In this document: positions 51,401 through 62,070 of the stretch, in pieces
Position numbering within the stretch: the stretch's first letter is position 1
How the letters are laid out: every line of letters begins with the position of its first letter
Source of the DNA: Mustelus asterias
Taxonomy: Eukaryota
Assembly: GCF_964213995.1 (NCBI RefSeq)
Contig: NC_135808.1
Coordinates: 34,534,001 to 34,598,000 of the forward strand
DNA: 64,000 bases
Reading direction: 5' to 3'
The notes under the pieces: model-generated
The model's database searches: none
Told to the model about the DNA's origin: nothing
The model's input: only the letters and a program-made list of their open reading frames with translations
Translations under genes and position numbers: made by a program

Positions 51401-51640
51401 GTATAGGAATAGGGATGTTTTGCTGCAATTGTATAGGGCGTTGATAAGGCCGCACCTGGAGTATTTTGTGCAGTTTTGGTGTCCTTATCTGAGGAAGGAT
51501 GTCCTTGCTATAGAAGGAGTACAGCGAAGGTTTACCTGGGATGGCAGCTCGGGCATATGAGGAGAGACTAAGTCAGTTAGGATTATATTCACTGGAGTTT
51601 AGAAGGGTGAGAGGGGATCTCATAGAAACTTATGAAATTC
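48490..51640 (+). mobile_element. Decayed CR1 pieces with a younger CR1 3' end (about 49690-50247) and a V-SINE (50345-50644, minus)
   Basis: ORFs 49721-50165 and 51148-51560 with CR1 motifs, and a SINE head ggcggcacggtagcacagtggttagc on the minus strand. Confidence 0.8.
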
Positions 51641-52874
51641 TCCCCCCATACCCCTATGTCAATCCCAATCTAATCACACCGCTCTGAATTCTCCCCATAG
51701 TGCACTTTTAATCTCAGACTAATCCCACTGCCCCAAACTGCCCATAATCCTTTCTCATTTATAAACAAAACCTATTGACAGCCATTCTTTTCATATTGTT
51801 CTGCATCAGCTCCAAAGTCATTTCCCATCCCCATTCCCCTTCTCCCATAGCTCTGCATAAATCCTTAACTAACCCCATTGCCCCATCTCCCCCCATAGTC
51901 CTAAATCCCACTGTCCCACTCTCTCCTCAAAATCCTGTTTCTTTTCCTGTTTTAATATTTGATCAAATATAATTTCAATGTTGTGATGTGCTGTGCTTCA
52001 GCCATTGTATGTGGTGCAATTCTCCATTCTACAACTACCTTTATGTATTGTTGCATGTGTTAGTATACAGTGAAAAGTATTGTTTCTTGCATGTTATACA
52101 GACAAAGCATACCATTCATAGAGTACATAGGGGAGAAGGAAAGGAGAAGGTGCAGGATGTAGTGCTACAGTCATTGCTAGGGTGCAGAGAAAGATCAACT
52201 TAATATGAGGTAGGTTCATTCAAAGGTTTGATGGCAGCAGGGAAGAAGCTGTTCTTGAGTTGGTTGGTACATGTTTCTTGAGTGTTTCAAAGAGTGGAGA
52301 AGATTTTTTTTAACACAAGTTGTTACGGAAATTAGTGTAGGAAGCCGATTGGACCATGACTTTCAAAGAAAATTGTTTAAGGAGTTGAAGAGGAAATATT
52401 GCAGGGCTAGGGGGAAAAGAGCATTGGAATGGGACTAATTGGATAGCTCATTCAAAGAACCTGCAATGATATGGTGCCAAATGGCTGCCTTTTCTGCCTT
52501 GTTTCTGAGTATCTCATATCCCTGCTAGTAACTAGTTTCCCATCCCTGATAGCATCCTGGTGACCTTACACTACTCTTTCTGTACGTTAATATTCTTTCT
52601 CTATAGATGCTGCTCTAACTGTGGACATATTAATATTGTGTTCAAACTTATCACCAGCAATAATACCTAGCGTGTGGATCTTTGAGTATGTGAATATAAC
52701 TGCATCACATGTTATTGTGGACATTTGTGACCAGTATCCAGATTGTTGATATGCATGTCTGGTCAGTGAAACTCTCCACCAGTTTGTAGATTAGTTCAAT
52801 GGTCTCTCCAGTCTGTCGTGTTCACCGTGTTTCACTGTGAGACACTCATTGCCTACTTGTCTCTCTCTATACAG

Positions 52875-53020
52875 AAGCTGAAGTTCCTGAGGAGAAGTCT
52901 GGTGCAGGGACAGTGATCTGTGCTCTGGGACTCGCCCTGGGGATCATCAGTGCTGTTGTAGGGATCATCCTACTGATCAAAGAGAGACAGAGGCTGCAAG
53001 CGCAGCAACACGGTATCTAG
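52875..53020 (+). CDS. DAA: MHC class II alpha chain, exon 4 (connecting peptide, TM, cytoplasmic tail, stop)
   Basis: ctctctctatacag acceptor. In frame with exon 3: EAEVPEEKSGAGTVICALGLALGIISAVVGIILLIKERQRLQAQQHGI*, with the class II alpha CxxGxxxG TM motif. TAG at 53018-53020, then a GTAAGT donor at 53023. Too short for the ORF track. Confidence 0.95.
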
Positions 53021-54300
53021 GGGTAAGTACATGTGGAGCATAAGCTGTGTGTATCATTAACATTCCTGGAAGTGACTGTCAACCAAAGTCCCTTTTCCTG
53101 ATTGTTGGTCACTGAACCCCTGCAGCAATATACACAAATATGGATAATGAATGAGCTTGGCTGTTATACCCCTTATTAACTCTTACACAGAAAGAACTGT
53201 TACTTCCATAACATGCAGGATAGTTTCCCTCGAGAGGCTTCAGGAGAAGGAACACTTTCCCTTTCTGATATTACTTTGCAGTTACACCATAACACTGTAA
53301 TAAAACAACCAGCTTTAAAAACCTTTCAAGCCTTTCTCCCCATTGGCAGTATTACTGGCCATATATTAACCCTTAGAAGTGAATATTTTTAAGGTCGAGG
53401 CAGATAGATTCTTAGTAAGTAAGGGGGTGAAAGGTTATCTGGGGTCAGTGAAATGCAGATTTGAGATTACGATCAGATCAAATCATTGAATGGTGGAGCA
53501 AGCTCGAGGGGCCAAATGACCTATTCCACTTTGTATGTACAGTAATATTTCTGTACATTATGAAAGTAGCTTCAGAAGATGAGCGATATTAAATATGGGG
53601 ATATGCTCGAGGCCACCAAATAGTGGGAAGGAGTTAGAGGAACAGATTTAGAGACAAATTACAGAAAGAAGTGAAAGTTACAGAATGATGATGGTGAGAC
53701 TTTTCAATTATCCTCATAGAACATTACAGCGCAGTACAGGCCCTTCGGCCCTCGATGTTGCGCCGACCTGTGAAACCAATCTAAAGCTCCTCTAATCTAC
53801 ACTATTCCAATATCATCCATATGTTTATCCAATAACCATTTGAATGCTCTTAATGTTGGCGAGTCCACTACTGCTGCAGGCAGGGCATTCCACGCCCTTA
53901 CTACTCTCTGAGTAAATAACTTACCTTTGACATCTGTCCTATATCTATCACCCCTCAATTTAAAGCTATGTCCCCTTGATACGCATCAATTGGACACGAG
54001 GCACGAAGCTTCGGTAAAAGAAGGCTTTTATTAACTAACAATGGAACAACAGAACTTTAACACACTATCCCAGACTGAAGAGGTCCCGCCCGAGCAGGGG
54101 GTCTTATACCTCTCCCAGGAGGCGGAGCCCGACTGGGATGTGCCACAACAGTAACAACCACAGGTGTATCAATCCCATCCTAACCCAACAACAACATTAG
54201 AACAATCCCACAGTGGGAACCAACGATGGTTCACCACATTCACCCCTCCTTTGAGAACAAAGGCCGGCGAGGTACGAAAACAGACTAAAATGTCAACAGA

Positions 54301-56991
54301 TTATAAGTTCAGACGGTCTGGAGGACCGCACCATCGTTGTGACCTCCTCAATACCGGCGGTGACACCGGAGTAGGTGCTTGCGGTGGCGTTCTCCCCAAA
54401 ACAGCGTCCAGCTGTTCTCCCACGGACTCACAGGCCGGTTGACCCTGATGAAATGGTAGTGCAGGGGATCCCGATACATTCTGCGATGGCGCCGATCTTC
54501 GGGGCTCAGGCAAGCTGTGCATTGGAGTAAAACTGTTAAGCACTGGTCCCGGTGCTGTCCGCGCCATGTCTGGGGGAGAAATAAGGGATAAGGGATTCGT
54601 CACTGGGGGTATGGGAGCGACAGGAGTTGCTACGTCCCCTGCAGGCGCCAGGTCTCGGATCGAGACTGTGTCCTCTCGCCCGTCAGGATATGCCACATAG
54701 GCATACTGAGGGTTGGCGTGGAGGAGGTGGACCTGTTCGACCAAGGGGTCGGACTTGCGGGCCCTTACATGTCGCCGCAGAAGGACGGGTCCTGGGTACG
54801 TCAACCAGGCTGGTAAAGATATCCCCGAGGACGACTTCCGAGGGAATGAGAACATCCTCTCGTGGGGAGTAGCATTGGTTGCCGTACACAGGAGGGAGCG
54901 AATGGAGTGAAGCGCATCAGGGAGGACCTCCTGCCAACGGGAGACTGGAAGGCCTTTGGACTTCAGCGCCAATAGGACAGCCTTCCAGACTGTAGCATTC
55001 TCTCTTTCCACCTGTCCATTGCCCCTAGGGTTGTAACTCGTGGTCCTACTAGAGGCAATCCCGTATGAGAGCAGGAATTGCCTCAAGTCATTACTCATGA
55101 ACGACGAGCCCCTGTCGCTATGGATATAGCTGGGGTACCCGAACAGGGTAAAAAGATCACGGAATGCCTTGATCACCGTGGCAGTCGACATGTCCGCGCA
55201 GGGGACAACAAACGGGAACCGGGAGTACTCATCTATTATGTTCAGAAAGTACACGTTCCGATCTGTTGAGGGAAGGGGGCCCTTAAAATCCACACTCAGC
55301 CTCTCGAAGGGGCGCATATGGTCTGGATCAGGGCCAATGACCCCGTTTTCCACCACGTATCCCAGGATGACTAACCGGCGCGTACGGAATACACACTTCT
55401 CCCTGTTGTAGGTCAAATTCAGGCGAGATGCAGTGCGTAAAAAGTTCTGGAGATTTGTGTCATGGTCCTGCTGATCACAGCCGCAGATGGTGACATTATC
55501 CAGGTACGGGAAGGTAGCCCGCAGCCTGTTCTGGTCCACCATTCGGTCCATAGCACGCTGGAAGACCGAGACCCCATTGGTGACACCAAATGGAACCCTA
55601 AGAAACTGATATAGACGACCATCCGCCTCAAAGGCCGTGTAGTGTCGGTCCTCTGGGCGAATGGGGAGTTGGTGGTAGGCGGACTTAAGGTCTATGGTGG
55701 AGAACACCCGGTACTGCGCAATCTGATTGACCATATCAGATATGCGCGGGAGGGGATACGCATCCAGCTGCGTATATCGGTTAATGGTCTGACTGTAATC
55801 AATGACCATCCAGGGTTTGTTCCCGCTCTTGACCACCACAACCTGTGCTCTCCACGGACTAACACTGGGCTGTATGATCCCTTCTTTGAGGAGTCGCTGA
55901 ACCTCAGATCTGATGAAGATCCGATCTTCAGTGCTGTAACGCCTACTTTTAGTAGCGATGGGCTTGCAGCCTGGTACCAGATTCTTGAATAAAGAGGGTG
56001 TGGTGATCTTTAATGTAGAAAGATTGCAGGCGGGGCGCTTTGGACAATTTGGAGACTGCAGCTGTTCCCCCACTGTCAGCGAAGGGAGTGGCCCACCGTA
56101 CTGTAGGATCACACTCTTCATGTGGACCATAAAGTTTAGTCCGAGGAGAATTGGTGCGCAAAGATGCGGCAACACAAGGAGCCTGAATCGCTCGTAAATT
56201 GTGCCTTGCACTTTCAAAGTTACCACACAACGTCCTAGCACAGGGACAGACCGGGACCTTGATGCCATAGAGATTGTCTGTTTGGCAGGTTGAATCTGGA
56301 GTCCACACCTCTTTACAGTGTCAGGGTGAATAAAGCTCTCAGTGCTCCTGCTGTCAAACAGACAATAAATTGCACGACCATTTACCTGTATATCCATCAT
56401 CGAACAATCAAGCCTGTGATGCTTAGCCTGGTTTAGGGTGATTGACGCCACCGTTGGTCCGTGAACGTCACTGCAGGCAGCTGAGGTCGATGCTGAGGAC
56501 CCCTGCTGGTCGCTCATGGTCATCGTCGACCAAAATGGCCGCCCCCATGAATCGCACATGGGTGAGGGCTTAAAACGTAGCGACTCCTGGTGGTCATCCT
56601 CCTCCGACTCCGTCGACCGCAATGGCGTCGTCCTGGACTCGCACGTGGACGAACCCCGTGAGTACTTTGACGACGATGGTGATGATCCCCATTCCGAAGG
56701 GTCACAGGCCGCACTGCTGTTCTTGGGCTTCGATCTGCACACCTTCGCATAATGCCCCTTTTTACCGCATAGGTTACAGACTACCGCTTTAGCGGGACAC
56801 TTTTGTCGTGGATGCTTGGCTCCTCCGCAGAAGTAGCACCGCGGGCCGCATGGGGCTGCAGCCGTCGTCTGGTCCACATGGGAGCACGCCATAACACTGC
56901 GCTTCGAGCCCGTGGGGCGAGGAGGGATTTGTGACTGCTCCTGCCACGTGGTCCTCCGGATACAGGACCAAGCTCTTCGAAGCCGCCTCAA
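54301..56991 (-). CDS. Gypsy gag C-terminus/pol: 2 CCHC knuckles, protease, RT, integrase core (RNase H absent)
   Basis: CYFCGGAKHPRQKC, CNLCGKKGHYAKVC, LFDSRSTESF, IDLKSAYHQ, VPFG, YLDN, SVDFKGP, HSDRGSSF, NGQVERENA. Confidence 0.93.
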   Translation of the reverse strand: MRRLRRAWSCIRRTTWQEQSQIPPRPTGSKRSVMACSHVDQTTAAAPCGPRCYFCGGAKHPRQKCPAKAVVCNLCGKKGHYAKVCRSKPKNSSAACDPSEWGSSPSSSKYSRGSSTCESRTTPLRSTESEEDDHQESLRFKPSPMCDSWGRPFWSTMTMSDQQGSSASTSAACSDVHGPTVASITLNQAKHHRLDCSMMDIQVNGRAIYCLFDSRSTESFIHPDTVKRCGLQIQPAKQTISMASRSRSVPVLGRCVVTLKVQGTIYERFRLLVLPHLCAPILLGLNFMVHMKSVILQYGGPLPSLTVGEQLQSPNCPKRPACNLSTLKITTPSLFKNLVPGCKPIATKSRRYSTEDRIFIRSEVQRLLKEGIIQPSVSPWRAQVVVVKSGNKPWMVIDYSQTINRYTQLDAYPLPRISDMVNQIAQYRVFSTIDLKSAYHQLPIRPEDRHYTAFEADGRLYQFLRVPFGVTNGVSVFQRAMDRMVDQNRLRATFPYLDNVTICGCDQQDHDTNLQNFLRTASRLNLTYNREKCVFRTRRLVILGYVVENGVIGPDPDHMRPFERLSVDFKGPLPSTDRNVYFLNIIDEYSRFPFVVPCADMSTATVIKAFRDLFTLFGYPSYIHSDRGSSFMSNDLRQFLLSYGIASSRTTSYNPRGNGQVERENATVWKAVLLALKSKGLPVSRWQEVLPDALHSIRSLLCTATNATPHERMFSFPRKSSSGISLPAWLTYPGPVLLRRHVRARKSDPLVEQVHLLHANPQYAYVAYPDGREDTVSIRDLAPAGDVATPVAPIPPVTNPLSLISPPDMARTAPGPVLNSFTPMHSLPEPRRSAPSQNVSGSPALPFHQGQPACESVGEQLDAVLGRTPPQAPTPVSPPVLRRSQRWCGPPDRLNL

Positions 56992-57490
56992 GCATTTCAG
57001 CTAATTCCATAGCTTGGGTCAGGTTGAGATTTCCCTTTTCTAGCAGCTTGAGACAGATGTATGAAGACCCGACCCCGGCCACAAACGCATCTCGGGCGAG
57101 GTCGTACATGCTCTGCTCAGCCGACACAGCTTTGCAGTCACAGCCCCTGGCTAGCTGCAAGAGCTCATTGGCGTAATCCTCCATGGTTTCGCCCGACTGC
57201 CGACGTCGTGTAGCGAGGAGGTAACGAGTGTGGATCTCGTTGGGAGGTTTCGTATAGCGCTTTTTTAAAAGCTCGAGGGCCCTCGGGTAAGTGGTGGCCG
57301 CACGGATCGCGAGGTAGACTGTGTCGCTTACCCTCGCATGGAGAACCCGGAGTCTGTCATCATCTGTGGTGACCGCTGCGGAGGCTGCCAGGTAATCTTC
57401 AAAACACTTCAGCCAGTGGTCGAAGATGTTAGAAGCGCCCACCGCACGTGGATCTAGCGTCAGACGTTCTGGCTTTAGGATTTGCTCCAT
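56789..57490 (-). CDS. Gypsy gag N-terminal part (frameshifted near 56945)
   Basis: FDHWLKCFEDY...RRRQSGETMEDYANEL...RDAFVAG is a typical Gypsy capsid (Q-xx-E-x-x-x-x-Y/F) motif. Confidence 0.85.
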   Translation of the reverse strand: MEQILKPERLTLDPRAVGASNIFDHWLKCFEDYLAASAAVTTDDDRLRVLHARVSDTVYLAIRAATTYPRALELLKKRYTKPPNEIHTRYLLATRRRQSGETMEDYANELLQLARGCDCKAVSAEQSMYDLARDAFVAGVGSSYICLKLLEKGNLNLTQAMELAEMLEAASKSLVLYPEDHVAGAVTNPSSPHGLEAQCYGVLPCGPDDGCSPMRPAVLLLRRSQASTTKVSR

Positions 57491-60400
57491 ACTCTCCTTT
57501 CTTTTTTTTCTTCTGTCGAGAGTTTAATGTTAGTTAATAAAATTGATGCGCATCAATTGGACACGAGGCACGAAGCTTCGGTAAAAGAAGGCTTTTATTA
57601 ACTAACAATGGAACTAACAGAACTTTAACACACTATCCCAGACTGAAGAGGTCCCACCCGAGCAGGGGGTCTTATACCTCTCCCAGGAGGCGGAGCCCGA
57701 CTGGGATGTGCCACAACAGTAACAACCACAGGTGTATCAATCCCGCCCTAACCCAACAACAACATTAGAACAACCCAACAACAACATTAGAACAATCCCA
57801 CAGTGGGAACCAACGATGGTTCACCACACCCCTCGTGCTAGCCATCACCATCCGAGGAGAAAGGCTCTCACTATCCACCCTATCTAATCCTCTGATCATC
57901 TTGTATGCCTCTATTAAGTCACCTCTTAACCTTCTTCTCTCTAACGAAAACAACCTCAAGTCCCTCAGCCTTTCCTCATAAGACCTTCCCACCATACCAG
58001 GCAATATCCTAGTAAATCTCCTCTGCACCCTTTCCAATGCTTCCACATCCTTCCTATAATGCGGTGACCAGAACTGTACGCAATACTCCAAATGCGGCCG
58101 CACCAGAGTTTTGTACAGTTACAGCATGACCTCCTGGCTCCGAAACTCAATCCCTCTACCAATAAAAGCTAACACACCGTACGCCTTCTTAACAACCCTA
58201 TCAACCTGGGTGCCAACTTTCAGGAATCTATGCACATGGACACCGAGATCTCTCTGTTCATCCACACTACCAAGTATCTTACCATTAGCCCAGTACTCTG
58301 TATTCCTGTTACTCCCTCCAAAGTGAATCACCTCACACTTTTCCACATTGAACTCCATTTGCTACCTCTCAGCCCAGCTCTGCAGCTTATCTGTGTCTTC
58401 TGTAACCTGCAACAACCTTCCACATTGTCCATAACTCCACCAACTTTAGTGTCATCCGCAAATTTACTAACCCATCCTTCTACGCCTCATCCAGGTCATT
58501 TATAAAAATGACAAACAGCAGTGGCCCCAAAACAGATCCTTGCGGTACACCACTAGTAACTGAACTCCAGGATAAACATTTCCCATCAACCACTACCCTC
58601 TGTCTTCTTACAGCTAGCCAATTCCTGATCCAAACCGCTAAACCACCCTCAATCCCATGCGTCCGTATTTTCTGCAATAGCTTACCGTGGGGAACCTTAT
58701 CAAACGCTTTACTGAAATCCATATACACCACATCAACTGCTTTAGCCTCATCCACCTCTTTGGTCACCTTCTCAAAGAACTCAATAAGGTTTGTGAGGCA
58801 TGACCTACCTTCACAAAACCGTGTTGACTATCCCTAATCAAATTGTTCCTTTCTAGATGATTATAAATCCCATCTCTTATAATCCTTTCCAAAACTTTGC
58901 CCACAACAGAAGTAAGGCTCACTGGTCTATAATTACCAGGGTTGTCTCTACTCCTCTTCTTGAACAAGGGGACAACATTTGCTATCCTCCAGTCTTCTGG
59001 CACTATTCCTGTAGACAATGACGACATAAAGATCAAAGCCAAAGGCTCTGCAATCTCCTCCCTAGCCTCCCAGAGAATCCTGGGATAAATCCCATCCGGT
59101 CCAGGGGATTTATCTATTTTCACACTTTCCAGAATTGCTAACACCTCCTCCTTATTAACCTCAATCGCGCCTAGTCCAATAGCCTGTATCTCAGTATTCT
59201 CCTCGACAACATTGTCTTTTACCTGCGTGAATACTGACAAAAAATATTCATTTAGTGCCTCTCCTATCTCTTCAGACTCCACGCACAACTTCCCACTACT
59301 GTCCTTGACTGGCCCTAATCTTACCCTCGTCATTCTTTTATTCCTGACATACCTATAGAAAGTTTTAGAGTTTTCCTTGATCCTACCTGCCAAAGACTTC
59401 TCATGTCCCCTCCTGGCTCTTCTTAACTCTCTTTTTAGGTCCATCCTGGCTAACTTGTAACTCTCAAGCACCCTAACTGAGCCTTCACGTCTCATCTTTA
59501 CATAAGTCTCCTTCTCCCTCTTCACAAGAGATTCAACTTCTTTAGTAAACCATGGTTCCCTCGCTCGGCCACTTCCTCCCTGCCTGACAGGTACATACTT
59601 ATCAAGGACACGCAGTAGCTGTTCCTTGAACAAGCTCCACATTTCAATTGTGCCCATCCCCTGCAGTTTCCTGTCCCAACCTATGCCAGCTAAATCTCAC
59701 CTAATTGCATCATCATTTCCTTTCCCCCAGCTATAACTCTTGCCCTTCGGTATATACCTATTCCTTTCCATCGCTAAAGTAAACGGAACCGAATTGTGGT
59801 CACTATCACCAAAGTGCTCACCTACCTCCAAATCTAACACCTGGTCTGGTTCATTACCCAGTACCAAATCCAATGTGGCCTCGCCTCTTGTTGGTCTATC
59901 TACATACTGTGTCAGGAAATCCTCCTGCACACATTGGACAAAAACTGACCCCTCTAAAGTACTCGAACTATAGCTTTTTCAGTCAATATTTGCAAAGTTA
60001 AAGTCCCTCATAACAACTACCCTGTTACTTTCGCTCCGATCCAGAATCATCTTTGTAATCCTTTCCTCTACATCACTGGAACTTTTCAGAGGCCTATAGA
60101 AAACTCCCAACAGGGTGACCTCTCCTTTCCTGTTTCTAACCTCAGCCCAAACTACCTCAGTAGACGAGTCCTCAAACGTCCTTTCTGCCACCGTAATACT
60201 GTCCTTGACTAACAATGCCACACCTCCCCCTCTTTTACCACCTTCCCTGTTCTTACTGAAACATCTAAACCTCGGAACCTGCAACAACCATTCCTGTCCC
60301 TGCTCTGTCCATGTCTTCAAGATAGCCACAACATCGAAGTCCCAGGTACCAACCCATGCTGCAAGTTCACCCACCTTATTCCGGATGCTCCTGGCGTTGA

Positions 60401-60864
60401 AGTAGACACACTTCAAACCGCCTTCCTGCCTGCCAGTACACTCCTGCGACTCTGAAACCTCATCCATGACCTCACTACTCTCAACCTCCTGTACACTGGA
60501 GCTACAATTCAGGTTCCCACCCCCCTGCTGAATTAGTTTAAACCCTCCCAAAGAGCATTAGCAAATCCCCCCCCCCCCCCCCCCCCAGGATATTGGTACC
60601 CTTCTGGTTCAGGTGTAGGCCATCCCTTTTGTAGAGGTCCCACCTACCCCAGAAAGGGCCCCAATTGTCCAGGTATCTGAATCCCTCCCTCCTGCACCAT
60701 CCCTGTAACCACATGTTCAATTGCTCTCTCTTCCTATTCCTCTCCTCACTATCACGTGGCACGGGTAACAAACCAGAGATAACAACTCTGTTTGTTCTAG
60801 CCCTAAGCTTCCACCCTAACTCCCTGAATTTCTGCCTTACATCCCCATCCCTTTTCCTACCTAT

Positions 60865-62070
60865 GGGGCCGATTTTACCAAATCGGCTCTAAGTGCCGGG
60901 TGCGGTCGTAAATCAGACCCGCGCCCGGCAGCCGTGCTCCAGCGCCCCCATACGCCTTTTTTCGGCGCGGGTCCAGTGAGCGGGGCCTAGCGCATTTGCA
61001 TCTGTCGGAGCACCGGACTGTGCATGCGCAGTTCGAAGCCGACAGCACTCAGCGCGCCCCAGCGCGAAAGTCAAAGGCAGCGCTGACAGCACTGCGCTGT
61101 CTTTGACTTTCCCTGGTTGGGGGCAGGGGGGCGGAGTTCGGATGTGACGTCTCTTCCCTGGGGGGAAATGTCCCATTTTCACTCCATCTGACGAAGGGGC
61201 AGCGCTCCGAAAGCTTATGGTATTTGCTACCAAATAAACCTGTTGGACTTTAACCTGGTGTTGTGAGACTTCTTACTGTGCTTACACCAGTCCAACGCCG
61301 GCATCTCCACATCATAATATCACAGGACAGGGATGGGGGGATATACATTTTGAAATATTATCCCAGATTTTGGACTGTCAGGTTTTTAGTTCCTGTGATT
61401 TGGACATTATCCTCCAAAGGGAATTCCTTTCATCCTCTCTGCTGTCTGTGCTGCTTTGCCTTTCCCGGGGGGGATCAGTCGCAGACTGGCAGTGCCCCCC
61501 CCCCCCCCCCCCCAGGTAAAGGCAGAGCAAGGCCAGAAACGTGCAGGAGGCTGTCGACGGACTGCAGATCGGAACGATGGTGGAGGGAGACCAGCGATCA
61601 AGCTTGGTCGGGGGTGTGCCTCCCAGGGGGGTCCGATCCCGGCGGGGGGGGGGTCTGCCGGCAGGGCCTGCCTCCCAGGGGGGTCCAATCGGGGAGGGGT
61701 GTGGGGGGTGATTTGTGGGGGGAGGTCCGCGAAGGATGTTCGGGGGGGATTGGCTTCGGCGGTTCCCCTGCTGAATTGGAGTCCCATTCGGACTTTTATT
61801 TAGCAGGTCGTTTAATGCGCGGACGCGAAATGGGCCGCAACCTGGTAAAGTCAGATTCGTCGGTAAAGTTGGGCGCGAGCTTCATTAAGTCGATTTAAAT
61901 GCATTTGCGCTGGCCGATTCGGACGCACGCCAGACCCGTGCCCGGATCGGCCATTGGTAAAGGCGCGATTGGCCTTGGGTCGGGTCTGGACCGCGTTTTA
62001 GGCCCGACGCCCAACTGTACCACAATTTCGTGCCCGAAGACGGGCGCGAAATTTTGGTAAAATCGGGCCC
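60865..62070. mobile_element. Harbinger-like MITE, 3-bp TSD, in CR1 ORF1
   Basis: TIRs ggggccgattttaccaaa / tttggtaaaatcgggccc (17/18). TSD TAT at 60862-60864 and 62071-62073. Confidence 0.85.
61181..61315 (+). mobile_element. Penelope pLTR-derived insert with hammerhead motif (61184-61220)
   Basis: ccat-CTGACGA-a-ggggc agc gctcc-GAAA-gc-TT-atgg followed by the shared ccaaataaacctgttggactttaacctggtgttg tail. No clear TSD. Confidence 0.82.

Larger units (their letters stand above)
53977..57828 (-). mobile_element. Ty3/Gypsy LTR retrotransposon with two LTRs, internally deleted
   Basis: LTRs 53977-54238 and 57544-57828 (TG...CA). TSD cccct at 53972-53976 and 57829-57833. PPT aaaggaggggtgaa next to the 3' LTR. 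Gag and pol ORFs present. Confidence 0.97.

Noticed and set aside
8260-53020. DM-alpha or W-category identity for the MHC gene
   Set aside because: The alpha1 domain has no cysteines and keeps N69/R76, and the TM and tail match conventional shark class II alpha. Nothing seen requires another class.
55490-55512. RT motif YLDN (instead of YxDD) as an inactivating mutation or novelty
   Set aside because: I recall YLDN occurring in related aquatic-animal Gypsy families, so a single copy cannot show that it is a lesion or new. It needs a family alignment.
56931-56991. Programmed gag-pol frameshift
   Set aside because: The shift falls upstream of the CCHC knuckles, inside gag, and no slippery heptamer is evident. 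A mutational indel is more likely.
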